This document shows positions 1-12,996 of a stretch of DNA of 64,000 nt, in pieces. Both the position numbers and the translations under genes were made by a program. Source of the DNA: Carcharhinus longimanus (Eukaryota); the NCBI GenBank assembly GCA_030264375.1, contig JASCQW010000190.1, positions 105,488,429 to 105,552,428 of the forward strand. The letters run 5' to 3'. Position 1 is the first letter of the stretch, and each line of letters opens with the position of its first letter. Under the pieces are notes generated by a model, which searched no databases, was not told the origin of the DNA, and saw only the letters and a list, made by a program, of their open reading frames with translations.

Positions 1-190
1 GTGGGTTGACCATGCTAATTTGCCATTTGGTGTCTGGGGATGTATAGGTTGAGTGGATTGGCCATGGTGGATGTGCAGATTTGAGGAGATGGGACACAGG
101 GGAGGGCCTAGGTGGGATGCGCTTTCAGACAGTCAGTGTAGACTTGATCGGCTGGATAGCCTCTTTCTGTATTTTAGGAATTCTATGAAT
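1..190 (+). mobile_element. HE1-type V-SINE 3' half
   Basis: ccatgctaatttgcc... and ...ggaattctatgaattcta tail. Confidence 0.75.
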
Positions 191-1164
191 TCTAAAGGAA
201 AACTTCCACAGGGAACACTATGGGAGGGATTCTCTGGCCACGTACACCCCAAGATCAGAAATTGCCACCTGATAGATTTTTAACAGGTCCACCAAATTTT
301 CTGTCTTACCCGCTACGATTCCTGAGATGGGAGAATTTTGTCCTGTAATTTCAATTAAAATATCACAATAATTGATTAAAAAATATTTCCAATCACCAAG
401 ATCAAATCAAACGAAAATGTAAATAAGAAAAGTTCAGGAATGTCTTCCAAATTCTCCTACCTATCTTTACAGGGGTGTTTAGATCCATTTCTCTCAATAA
501 TTCTGTAACAAGGGCTTGTTTGGAAAGCTGATCTTAGCAAAGAGCATTTGAACATTCCAAAACAAGCAATGGAACTGATCCTGGGTAACCCATACCAAAG
601 CAACTCTGACACAATCAAACAACTGAATATATGTTCCTTTGATGAAATGCGGAAAAAAGCTCTGCTTGGATTTTGCTGACAAACTCTTGAATCCCACTTC
701 CCATTGTCACTATCTCTTCCCACAACCACAAATGCAATGGATGCAAGGAGAAAAGGCATCATTCTACAAATAAGATCAAGAGTAAATTAGACTGTGAGAC
801 AGCCCAATCCCCTACTTTAGAAAATTCATGAATTGTATTATGTAATTGAGAAGTTAATGAATTCAACCAGACAACATATGATCAATGGCCTTTAGTACAA
901 AATGCAGAGGGCCACAGACCTTGCATTTTTAATCAGTGTTTTAAAAGAGCCTATATTTTGCAAAATATAGTAATTATTCTGTGTATTGTGATCTTTATAT
1001 TTGTAAAATCCTTTTGTTATTTTATACATTATTTTTATTTTAATAATTGTACATAACTATGTTGTGAATTAAGATTACTTGTTTTCTGGTTGTCATCACA
1101 TAATTTGCCTCCTGCCACCATGATCATTTTTCAATAATCCAATTATCCAACTATTTATCTATCA

Positions 1165-1455
1165 ATGCTGCCTCACAGCACCAGGTACTCGAGTTCAATT
1201 CCAGCTTGGGTGACTGTCTGTGTGGAGTTTGCACATTCTCCCAGTGTCTGCGTGGGTTTTCTCCTGGTGTCCCTGTTTCTTCCCACAGTCCAAAGATGTG
1301 CAGGTTTGGTGGATTGGCCATGCTAAATTGCCTCTTAGTCTCGAAGAGATGAGTAGAGTAAATATACGTGGTTATGGGGATGGAGTCTGGGTGGGATGCA
1401 GGCTCATTGGACCAATTGGCCCCCTTCAGCACTGTAGGGATTTATGATTTTATGA
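1165..1455 (+). mobile_element. HE1-type V-SINE, CR1-like tail
   Basis: tRNA-like head, V-domain tgtggagtttgcacattctcccagtgtctgcgtggg..., tail cactgtagggatttatg. Confidence 0.9.
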
Positions 1456-2836
1456 AGCTATCTACCTTTTTTATAGAGACAAGGGATAGGGCCTGGGTGT
1501 GATTGTTGTTGGTGCAAGCTCGATGGATTGAACGGCCTCTTTCTGCACTCTAGAAATTTATGATTTTTATGAATCTCACTATCTCTTTTACAAAAACAGG
1601 TAAATAAGGCAGTGCTACAGCAAACTTTTGGCCAACTAAAGCTTTGCCATAAGGTCTTGATGCACCAATATCTCTCTTCACGGCTGTCTTGAGGTACCTT
1701 CGCCTGCTTTAGTGCTCCTGAACAGTATTATCTCAATCGGATGCAGCATGTCTGGCAAAAGGATGCTGACTTTCAATGAGGGATGCAGAAGATTGCTTGT
1801 GGAATGACTTTCAGCCGTTTTTGACCTTGTAGGCCTGGCTTTGAAGTGCACCACCACAGCATAGGAAGCAGTAGTCTGGGCTGGTTGAGAAACACCAGAA
1901 AGGGTGTAGTGGAGAGACAATCATGGGAGCACAAATGCTGTCATTCTAGAAAAGGCATGTTCCAAAGAGATTCTGCCGCCCTCCTAGGCAATCATCACAA
2001 TCTTTTGGAGGATTTTTTGGATGACTGCTCCTTTGAGCACCAATAGCATGGCTGTGATGGCAGCGGTTTGAGCTTTCTTGGCAGCAAGCATGGGTCTTGT
2101 GTCATCCCGCTGAGTTGCCAGTGCGGCATTGAGATATTGACTGGTCAATAGCTACTGCATCACGACTGGGCCTGTAAGTGCTGTGCCAGAGTAGGCCTCC
2201 TCTTCCATGGTGAAAGGGATGGCTTCAAGCTCTGGGCAATGTCTTCTGCCATTTTTGGAATCAAAACTCCTCCAGGGTTTTTGACAGTGACAGGAAGCTA
2301 CCTGCCGGTGCACCCAGTACTTTACAGTGCACGCTCATCGGCAAATCTATTTCACAGTAACTTCACTGCCGTGTTAATGTAAGCCTACTTGTGACTAATA
2401 AATAAACTTTAACTTTATCTCCTGTAGGTTACCCCATCTAAGTCCATATCTGAGATACCATTGTACACCGTCACCAACTGCCTCTCCCTTCTGCCGCCAC
2501 TCCGCTCCCCTCCCCCCATCCTCCCNNNNNNNNNNNNNNNNNNNNNNNNNNNNNNNNNNNNNNNNNNNNNNNNNNNNNNNNNNNNNNNNNNNNNNACTCC
2601 TGACCCAGGATCCTTCCCACCCACCAACCCATCGCCTCAAAGATATCACAAAAACCTTCAAAAGATAGTATTTGCAAATTGACTTTCCTCAATTTTAAAA
2701 TTTAAAGGCAATAAGTCAGTATCTTCTTCAATAATACACTACAATTTGCAATGGAGGTGTGGGTTGGAATGAGATTTTATATTTGACTGGCATTGCTTGA
2801 ACTTTACATTATTGTTCACACAGAAAAAAATCAGCA

Positions 2837-3495
2837 GGGATGATTCTCCCAAAGAAAAATTCAGTGCCGAACTGGTAGAAAAGCTATTCCACCCATTTTC
2901 TGGGCAAGCTGAGTGGAATGAGTATCCGGAACTCTGTGCATCATGGAGTCTGTAATATGATTCATGCCAGTAAGGGGGGGAGGCAGAGCCTGAACCTGCC
3001 AGAGAAGCCAGCATCAGCTTGCTGAGCGAGCTACTGTGCATGTGCCAATCTGTCAGTGGGGAGATCAGTGCATGTACTCTGATTCCCCCATCACCAGCCT
3101 CCCGATTACCAGCCTCCATGACCCCACACTGCTCCCAGTGGCCTGCCTCCGAGACCCCCCTCCCCATGTTCAGCCTGATACCACTCCCCATGGCTGGCAC
3201 CAACTCCCCCCGACCCCTTTTCTATGGTCAGCCCCGATCACCCCCCACCCCTTCTCTTGCCAATGGGCAGTGCCAGGGTGCCCAGTGGGCAGTGCCAGGG
3301 TGCCAGGCTGGCAGTTTTCCTTATTGTAATCAGCCTCACACTGATTTCCGGTGGGAGGCTGATTACAGTTTAAAAGGGCTTGGAAAAGTTACAATTATCT
3401 GGACGCCAGTTGCGAATCCTGCCCCAAACCCCCATTGATATTTCCCAGCCTGCTACATGACTCAAACAGCACAGAGGGACAGGAGAGTTACACCC
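2837..3495. mobile_element. MITE-like element, same group as 14381-15468
   Basis: gggatgattctccc ... ggagagttacaccc ends; internal gggcagtgccaggg repeats. Confidence 0.55.
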
Positions 3496-4111
3496 AACAT
3501 GTCTGTCACAGTTTTAGCAGTATCTACTTACTCATTGGAATGAACTACCACAGACCTCCATCATGATAATAATTAGTAAAGTCATACTTATTGTAATTAT
3601 GACTGAGAAGAGTTTGCCTCAAAAAGGACTAGGTAAGTAGGAGGATTGTGATTGAAGGATCATAGGTGGATCTTGCACCCACCCAATCCCTATTTCAAAA
3701 CAGCATGTCCATGATGGAGTTCGTCTTTTGTTCAGGAATATTATTCCCTTCATTGTTGTCTTCTCAGCAAAGAGAAATTCCAACCTTCCAACCCATTCTA
3801 TCTACATCTAAATTAAATCTCCCCTCAGCCTCCTCTGTTCTAAAGAAAACAACCCAGACTTTCCTTCTAACGACAATTCTCCATTCCTGACAGCACTTTC
3901 ATGAATCTCCTGTGCACCCTCTCTAGTGCAATCACATCCTTCATGTGATGTGGTCATTATGTTGTAAACAGTGCTAGCCATGAGCTAATGAATGACTTAT
4001 ATTGTTTCAGCATTACTTCCTTGCTTTTATATTCTATACATTGACAAATAAAGGCAAGTGATCCATTTGCATTTTTAATCACCTTTCTTATCTATTCAGC
4101 CAACTTCAGGC

Positions 4112-5540
4112 ATACAAACGTGCAAATTAGGAGCAGGAGTCGATCACTTGGCCTGTTGAGCCCACTCCTCCATTCAATCAGATCATGGCTGATCTGATTG
4201 TAACCTCAATCCTATGTTCCTGCCTACCCTTGATAGCCTTTCACCCCCTTGTTAGTCAAAAACCTATCCAGCTCAGCCTTAAAAATATTCAAAGACTCTG
4301 CTTCCAATGCCTTTTGAGGAAGAGATTTCCAGAAATTCACGACCCTCTGAGAGAACAAATTTTTCCCATATCTGACTGAAATGAGTGACTCCTTATTTTT
4401 AAACATTGAACTCTAGTTCTAGATTCTTCAACAAGAGTAAACATCCTCTCCATATCCACCCTGTCAAGGCCCCTCAGGATCTTAAAGATTTTGATCAAGT
4501 TGCCTCTTACTCTTCTAAATCGTAATGGACTCAAACCTAACCTCTGCAAGTGTTCCTCAGGGAAACCCAACCATTCCTTGTTTTAATCTAGTTACCCTTC
4601 TTTGAACTGCTTCGAATGCACTTACATCTTTCCTTATATAAGGAGACCAATACTGTACCTGGTCGTCCGGATGTGGTCTCATCAATGTCCTGTCTAACTG
4701 AAGTATAACTTCCCTACTTCTTAAATTAATTCCCCTCAGAATAAATGATAACATTCTATTAGCTTCCTTAATTACTCACTGTATCTTATACTAGCCTTTT
4801 GTGATGAATGCACTCAGATGCTCAGATTCCTCTTTACCTCAGAGCTCTGCAATCTTTCACCATTTACATAATAAGCTTATCTTTTATTCTTCCTGCTAAA
4901 ATGGACAATTTCACATTTGCCCACATTATACTCCATTTGCTAGAGTTTTACCCATTCACTTAACCTGCCTCTGTATAACCTCCTTGCATCCTCTTCACAA
5001 TCTACTTTTCTACCTGTCTTAGTGTCATCAGGAAAATTAGCAATCATACCTTCAGTCCCCTCATCAAAGACATTTATATACATTTTGAAATGTTGAAGCC
5101 CCAGCATCGATCCTTATGGCACACCACTCGTCACGACCTGACAACCCGATAAAGACCCATTTATGCCTACTTTCTGTTATCCGTTAGGAAGACAATCTTC
5201 AATCCAAACCATAAGGGGCCTAGCATTGACGCCTGTAGAACTCCATTGGAAATGGCCTTCTGGGCACAAAAACACCTGTCAACCATTAACCTTTTTACTT
5301 CCTGCCACTTTGCCAATTTTGGAAATAACTTGTCATGCTCACTTGGATGCCAGGGGCCTTTACTTTTCTGACCAGTCTACATTGTGGGACCTCATAAAGA
5401 GTCTTACTAAGTGTGCTACTCTCATCAATCCTCTTTGTCACCTCCTCGATAAATTGAATCAAGTTAGACAGACACAACATTCCCTTAATAAATTCGTGCT
5501 GACTGGCCTTGATTAATCCGTGCCTTTCTAATTGACTATT
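4112..5540 (-). mobile_element. CR1-clade LINE 3' part, decayed
   Basis: SQHEFIKGMLCLSNL, LMRPHPDDQVQYWSPY, RRVRGNLIKIFKIL, FSQRVVNFWKSLP. Confidence 0.9.
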
Positions 5541-5579
5541 CATTTGGTCTTTCGGAATGTTTTCTAACGGTTGCGCTTC

Positions 5580-8140
5580 TGGACAATTCTTCCGTCCATC
5601 ATTTCTTCTATGTCTGTTCCTCTTCTAACTCATTCTTTCAAACCACTTCTTAAATAAAGCAGGCCCTACAGCACAGTGAAAGTGTCTCTCGACGTAAGCC
5701 AGGTTTGAGCGTCTTAACTGGGTTACTGCAACAAACTTCTGGAATATTCCCTCTGATTTGGCACTCTATTTATCTGGGGTCCTGACATCATTATTTTATT
5801 CATATGGAACTTGTCCTGCCTCGTTCCAACAGCAGTAGCATAATCACAGCTTCCGTGAAAACACTGCACACGTTTATTCTGTAGGTATACATCCAGAGAT
5901 ACTACAGTAGTGGGATGAAAAACAGTTTTCTAGGATGTTTTGGCTGAGCCTCCTTTGCTCTTGTATGGTTGTGACCGTGCCTCAGTACAGCAGGATCAGT
6001 GGCTGTCTTTGTTGTGATTGCTCACGATAATAAATATTAATTCTCGTGACACTGACCAACATCAAATTAAATCCTGGACTGAATGTGACTAAAAAGAACA
6101 ATCAGGCAAGCTCCACTATATGATTATTGCAATCTGGCTAAACTTAACGAGTCTGTTCTCCTGCAACAATCAACTGGCATTCCTGAACCACCGGCCTGAA
6201 AACATTGCCAACTTGTGAAATCCATGAAGGCAATGAAAACAGTTATGAATACTGCCTGGCAACATTTTACACCTACTTATACATCACCTGCATGGCACTA
6301 AATGGACAATAAAATTACCACAAGGCAGATTATCAGCTTTAGAATTTACAGAATGACGCATAAATGAACAGAAAGCAGCTCTTCTCAATTTCGAAACATC
6401 TCTTGGCCTTAAACTGGTTGATCGTCGAATCTAACTCGATTCGCCAATTAAGATATTTTGTTCTTGATGTACTGCTGACATGTGGTGATGAAATAAAAGC
6501 CTCATTAGTCTCAGGTATTTGTTCTTCAGATCACAATTCCACAGAGATCATGGTTACTGAGCAACGTCTAAGAGATAAGCCTCATAAAAGAGCACCTGTT
6601 TGTCTAACAAGGCCAACTGGGAGATCTGGTGCCGCATACTCGCAACCATTAACTATCTCTGCATTGAGAGCTGATTGCCAAACCTAAATAAAGTTGTTGG
6701 CATCTGTCAAAGAGACCAAATAGTTCGTCACCTGAACGAGCTGAGGCTCAAAATATATTCTTCCTTGTTTACTTAACCCAGAATCAAAAACCAACAACAT
6801 GAAATCTCGTGGATTGAAATTGCTTTGTGTGGCGTCAGCCAGTGTATTAAAATAATGAGCGGACCAATTGCTTTGATTACTAATTGACCTTATTACTAAC
6901 ACAATGCAGCAAGATTTCAATCCATGGATGGGGAGAATATCAAATGTTACCAACACTGTTGTCTGTAAATGATAAAAGATGTGTTCCAGTGCTTATAAAC
7001 ATCATTTTGACTCCTAGCAAAACAACAGGGTAAACTACCATGCACCACATTTTCACAATAAGATCCACACAGGGGAAATCACCTGCTTCAAAAGGTCTGA
7101 AATTCAGGTTCTCTAGATTTGAAGGTTGCACCACATAAATCAAGTTGACATCTGTTCTCCTCCTTGCTTCTTTGCATGTATCAGACTGCTTCATCCTTTA
7201 CAAAGGAGCAGCACCATTGACATTCTGGCAAGTACTTCTCCGCAAAGCCCTTAGTTTCTTTTTCTGGTATAAGAAAATCTTATTTATAAAACTCTTTGGT
7301 ATCAAGCAATGCTGAACAAAAACTGGCAAAACAGCAAACTTACAAACACTAAATAGAACAATATCCATGATTTTGAATGAATGTACTGCATGTACTTCCC
7401 TGAGCTTTTGACAGAATTCTGAAGTTTATTAGATTGTGTTTTAGGACCAAGTATTTACACTTATAGTAAAATCGTGGAGGTTTTGAGGCCTTTATTGAAG
7501 TCTGCCTGATAACAAGTCTGGGTGCTGAATATTAACCTATAGCTCCTGCCAATGACCGGAAAGGCATCAGAAATGATAGCAGACACACACTCAGCCCGCA
7601 CTTTGGCCATTGGCATATTCCTGACATCTTTCTAGTTGGCGAGAGAAAGAGACTCATGGATTTTCTTATGTTACTTTTGAAACTCTGCAGACCATAAAGG
7701 ACTGCCATTCTACCTTTCAAAATGATTACTTGCTCAGATTGGCAAGGTTTAGGCAGAGCTGTGGCACTGTCAGGACTTTGAGGACCAAATTCCTGCACAG
7801 TTCAGTTAGCTCACTTGATAGTTAATGATACGCTTAATCATAGTATTGTGATTTTAAGCCCCAAATTGAGTAATTTTTTAAAAAATTTCCTATCTCATTT
7901 AGGAAGGCATTTACTTGCACTTAAATTACTGATCCAAAAACTTTTGGACAAGGAACTTGAGCACAGTTCTTTGATAGGTTTCTTCCATTATGAAATAGCT
8001 GACACATTCACTGGAAGGCACCTGGACGTAGCATTTAGGGAACCATTTAATGTTGCTGAAACTGCTGCTGCATTCTCATTGACAGTTCCCCTCTTAATTT
8101 GTCATGTTTTTGCTTTCCTGGTCTTCATTTTCAGACATTT
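5580..8140 (-). pseudogene. Decayed intronless coding-like segment, tentatively URGCP/GVIN1 (very large inducible GTPase)-like
   Basis: No recognisable repeat over about 2.5 kb; long protein-like reverse frames broken by stops. NPRDFMLLVFDS...LVQVTNYLVSLTDANN...PDLPVGLVR loosely resembles recalled URGCP NPLDLLCALLLSSDS...LCQFALPLVLPDSEN...PAFAFVR. Judged by eye only. Confidence 0.3.
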
Positions 8141-8309
8141 TAATGTAGAGTAGGCAGATGCTGTTACTCCAATCATTATAATGCATCATTTGCAGAAAGT
8201 GCTCCCCCTAATGCTGCAGCTCAGCTGAACGCAAGCAAAGATTAAAGGATTACGGGGAGATTGTTTTACAGGGACAAATGTGCAAAGCATTCACACTTGC
8301 AGAAAGAGA

Positions 8310-8643
8310 TTCTTTCCACTTAGAAAGGAAACCAGAACTAGAGGACACAGCGTCAAAATAAGGGGGGGGGTGTTAGTTGAGAACAGAGTTGAGGAGGAAC
8401 TTCTCTCAGAGGGTAGTGAATCTCTGGAATTCTCTGCCCATTGATGGTGGAGGCTACCTCGTTGAATATGTTTAAGTCACGGGTAGATAGATTTCTGATC
8501 GATAAGGGAATTAAGGGTTATGGGGAGCAGGCGAGTAAGTGGAACTGATCCACTTCAGATCTGCCATGATCTTATTGAATGGCGGGGCAGGCTCGAAGGG
8601 CTAGATAGCCTACCCCTGCTCCTATTTCTTATGTTCTTATGTT
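8310..8643 (+). mobile_element. CR1 LINE 3' end (relatively young)
   Basis: FSQRVVNLWNSLP-type coding end and ...cctatttcttatgttcttatgt tail. Confidence 0.9.
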
Positions 8644-9402
8644 CAGTCATAGGTTTCTCTTGGTTCTTATCGGGCTGCTGCTCTCACTCTGCACACTGGT
8701 GTTGCTGAGCTCGGCAGAAACCATTGATCTCACATCCATCTCATTCCCCATCTCCCTTGCTCACTAAACCATGATTCATCTCCCTCTATCTTGAATCTCC
8801 CCAGTTCCCAACACAAATGTAATCCAATTTTCCAAAAGGCAAAAGAATCGCGCGGCGCCCTTTAATCTTTCAGAGAAGTTTTTTTTAACATTCGGGCGTG
8901 ACTTCGTTCTGTTACAGAGCTTCATAAGGTAGAGTGTGCCTGTGTGAAATGCGTTCAGTGTTGGGACACAACTTGGATTTCTTGCAGTTCATCCCCTTCC
9001 AATCTGCCCCAGAGCTACCCGGTTCTGTACCTGCTCCCCAGCCTCGTACACCCAGACTCAAGAAGCCTCTCCCCATATCCCCAGAACTCTGTAAGTGCTG
9101 ACTGACTGATAACCCATACCAGTGTGCCAAACTTGCAATCTCTCTGTGTAACAACATCATCTCTGAATGAACTATTAGCTAGAAATTGCATCACCCCAGC
9201 TGGAGGATTGGTTATCTGAGAATCCACTTATGTGCTGAAGGCGCATACGGCTGCTGGCTGTATATCCGTGTTTCGTTTAAATTTAAGGTAGAACTATGAA
9301 CCTTCATAAAACACGGGCTCAGCCCCAACAGCAAAGATGTGAAGCTTTTACAAACAGTACAGAAAAGATTCACAAGAACGGTTCCAAGGATGAGACACTT
9401 CA

Positions 9403-9731
9403 TAATAGAATTCCTAGTGCAGATGGTGGCTATTTGGCTCATCGAGTCTGCACCAACTCCATGACAGTGCATCTTACCCATGTCCTATCCCTGTAACCCA
9501 ACATATTTATTTCACAAACCCCCCTAACCTATACATCTTGAGACACTAAGGGGAAATGTAGAGCATGGCCTATCCACCTAACCCGCATATCTTTGGACTG
9601 TTGGAGGAAACTGGACTACCCGGAACAAACCCATGCAGATACAAGGAGAACGTGTCATCCAAGGCCAAAATTGAACCCAGGATCCTGGCTCTGTGAGCCA
9701 GCAGTGCTACCCACTGTGGCACCATGCCACC
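9403..9731 (-). mobile_element. HE1-type V-SINE
   Basis: Head, V-domain and tail on the reverse strand. Confidence 0.85.
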
Positions 9732-10033
9732 TATGTTGATAGTTTGGCAAAGCTGGGACTGTGTTTTGGGACAAGAAGATTGAGAGAAGATTTGTTAGAT
9801 ACCTTATTGAAAATCATAAGGGATCTGGAGAGCGTAAATGGGAAGAAATTCTGAAGTAATTAACAAATGAACCAGAGGTGAACTGAGCAAAAACTCTGAC
9901 TGTTTATCCCTCCACACCACCGTCCCCCCAACANNNNNNNNNNNNNNNNNNNNNNNNNNNNNNNNNNNNNNNNNNNNNNNNNNNNNNNNNNNNNNNNNNN
10001 NNNNNNNNNNNNNNNNNNNNNNNNNNNNNNNNN

Positions 10034-10200
10034 GTCACGGGTAGATAGATTTCTGATCGATAAGGGAATTAAGGGTTATGGGGAGCAAGCGGGTAAGTGG
10101 AATTGATCCATTTCAGATCAGCCATGATCTTATTGAATGGCGGGGCAGGCTCGAGGGGCATGATGGCCTACTCCTGCTCCTATTTCTTATGTTCTTATGT
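10034..10200 (+). mobile_element. CR1 LINE 3' end
   Basis: Same subfamily tail as 8475-8643. Confidence 0.9.
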
Positions 10201-10846
10201 GGTGAACCCAGCTGTGCAGGCGGTGGGCAGATTGTTTGTCTCTATATCCCAGGGAAGAGTTAAGAATATCAGGTTGTAAAGGAGTATATCTTGAACTGTC
10301 CATTTGATTCCACGATAGGATAGAGCTACACAGCATTTCTAAATCAAGACCAACGTGATTCTTGTTGCCATTGGGAAGGAGGCAGAGGAAGCCATTGTAA
10401 AGATCGGGGTGGGGGGTATGGGGTGCCATTCTTCCATCCCGCTGCACTAATTTTATAGTGCAGTAAGCCAGGAGAATCATGCAGGGGGCTATTCATGGTG
10501 TCCCTGCAAGCATTCACTACCATCTCCAAGCATTGGATTTCCAGCACGTTCTGTCCCTGAGGGAGGCAGGGCTAGCATTTAAATGATATTTTAAATTTGC
10601 GAAGAGTTAAAATGAGGGTGAAAGATTCATCTAGCTTATGCTAGAAGGAAGATGTCCTGTAACACAGCACACTTCTGGGGTTAGAGGTCCCAGGATGAGA
10701 AGAGAAAAGAAGTAAACCCTCGGGAACTGAGAATAACTTTGCCCTGATTCTGGGAAAATGGAATGTCTATGTGAAGAGTGTTTTTTACTGCTTGTGCTAA
10801 AAGCAAAAAAGGAAAAGGTCTATTTCATGGTTTAAAATATATATTG

Positions 10847-11340
10847 TCAGTGCCACAATGGTTAGCATGCTACCACAGAGCACCAGAGACCCAGGTTCAG
10901 TTCTGACCTCAGGCCACTATCTGTGTGAAGTTTGCATGTTCTCCCTGTGTTTGTGTGGGTTTCCTCTGGGTGCTCTGGTTTCCTCCCATAGTCATGATGT
11001 GGAGCTGCTGATCTTGGACTGGGGTAAACACCGTAAGAAGTCTCACACACCAGGTTAAAGTCCAACAGGTTTATTTGGTAGCAAAAGCCAGGTTAGATGG
11101 ATTGGCCATATTAAATTGACCCCTAGTGTCAGGGGGATTAGCAGGGTGGATACATGGGGTGGGATTTTATGGCCTCANNNNNNNNNNNNNNNNNNNNNNN
11201 NNNNNNNNNNNNNNNNNNNNNNNNNNNNNNNNNNNNNNNNNNNNNNNNNNNNNNNNNNNNNNNNNNNNNNNNNNNNNNNNNNNNNTAGGCTCGGTGGACC
11301 GAATGCCTTCCTTGTGCGCTGCAGGGATTCTATGATTCTG
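10847..11340 (+). mobile_element. HE1-type V-SINE interrupted by a Penelope end and an N gap
   Basis: Head 10847-10990, resumes at 11090, tail gggattctatgattct. Confidence 0.85.
10994..11090 (-). mobile_element. Penelope family A 3' end fragment inserted in a V-SINE
   Basis: atgatgtggag...gtaagaagtctcac...ggttaaagtccaacaggtttatttggtagc matches the other family A ends. Confidence 0.8.
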
Positions 11341-11930
11341 TGAAAAATAGTAATCAATAGTGATTTTATCCTGGCGCTACAGTAAAAGTCTTAAAATTGA
11401 AACTCCGTTGTGTTATCCTTTCAGCTAACATTTCAAGTTCAATTTTTCTTTAAGTTATCAGTCTCAGTGGAGATTGTAAAACGTGGCATTATTCCAGTGG
11501 ATCAGCTGTACCTGGAATGGATATTTCCAAGAAAGCCTAGATAAAGCCTGTTCTTTATTAAACTAAAATCTCTCCTTTGAATACTAACAGAGAGCAATAC
11601 TCTTTGGGTAATCACTTCTAACTATCTTTAACTTCTCACAACAAACACTTATGTTCACATAACCCATTTGACACAGCAAAAATTCTAAAGGCTCGTCATA
11701 AAACTGGTCCCAGGCAGGTTTTGACACCAAGCTGCACTGTGGCATTTGGACAGGAGACCACAGCTTGGTCAAAGGAGGAGAAAGGTGCAGAACCAAGAGC
11801 TTTAAAGAGAGAACTCCAGAGTATAGGACCTAAACAACTGAAAGTATGGCTGCCAATAGCAGAGAAATGGAAATTGTGACAGCACAAGAGACTGAATTGG
11901 AGGAAAGCAGGGTTATTGGAGGGTTGTAGA

Positions 11931-12250
11931 CATAGAATCATGGAATCCACAGTGCAGAAGGAACCATTTGGCCCATCAAGCCTGCACAACCACGCCACCA
12001 AGGTAATTTCCCCGTAGCCCCATATATTTACCCTGCCAATCCCCTGACGCTAGGGTCAATATATCATGGCCAATCGACTTAACATACATATCTTTGAATG
12101 TAAAGAGAACTGGAGCGCCCAAGGGAAATCCACACAGACACAGGGAGAAAATGCAAACTCCACACAGACAGTGACCAGAGACTGGATTCGAACCTTGGTC
12201 CCTGGCGCTGCAAGGCAGCAGTGCTAACCACTGTGCCACCGTACTGCCCT
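11931..12250 (-). mobile_element. HE1-type V-SINE
   Basis: Full head, V-domain and tail. Confidence 0.9.
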
Positions 12251-12774
12251 GGTGGAGGTTACGGAAATGTGGTGTGGATGGCAGGTGAGGTGGAAATAAG
12301 GCCATAGAAGTATTTGAGCAAATGGATGAGTATTTTTAAAATGGAGGTATTGCTTGATCAATGGAAATATATTGTTTTTGATTGTGATTATAGTCAGCAA
12401 ATGTGAAGCTGAGTAATAGTGAACCAAACTGGTGTTACCATTTACCCCATAGAAAGCTGAGCTATGGATTCTCACCCATTGTATTCGAAACAACAATTCT
12501 TAGAATCAGTCATACTGAGGTGATAATAAGGGAAACCAAACTATTGCCATATGAAAAACCAAAGGAGAAGTAACCTTGCATCAAACATCAGCAGGTTATT
12601 AGGACATAATTCCAGCCCTGGAAGAATTGGCTGGAGAATTTCAGGTCAGGTGGAGGAAGCAGAGAGTATGGGCAGAGAATTAATGACAAACTACACATGA
12701 TGCAAATATCATTGGGAAACTCATTTTTATGAATAAGAACGTTTCTCATAAGCACGCTACCTAGCCATATTAAG

Positions 12775-12996
12775 TAAAGTCACCATAGTCTCAGGTGACC
12801 ATCGATTGCACTCCTTTTTGACGGGGAGAGCTGACTGGTGGTGATTTAGCCTGAGCGGCACCACACCACAGGCGAAAGGAAAGGTTGAGAAGGCAACAGC
12901 TTCACAAATAACCTCAGCTGGTACGGGTATTGAACCCATGCTATTGGCATCACTCCGTGTTGCAAACCAGATGTCCAGCCAATTGAGCTAACTGAC
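12775..12996 (-). mobile_element. tRNA-derived SINE (third family)
   Basis: Reverse strand starts with A-box TAGCTCAATTGG and B-box GGTTCAATACC, followed by a non-tRNA body. Confidence 0.7.

Noticed and set aside
1678-2300. Protein-like reverse-strand fragment, possibly a transposon accessory ORF
   Set aside because: Interrupted and no diagnostic motif recognised.
8475-10200. Local duplication of a 165-bp segment
   Set aside because: The copies differ at multiple sites; these are two independent CR1 3' ends.
12920-12996. tRNA gene (also applies to other SINE heads)
   Set aside because: A and B boxes are present but continue into SINE bodies; no clean cloverleaf seen.
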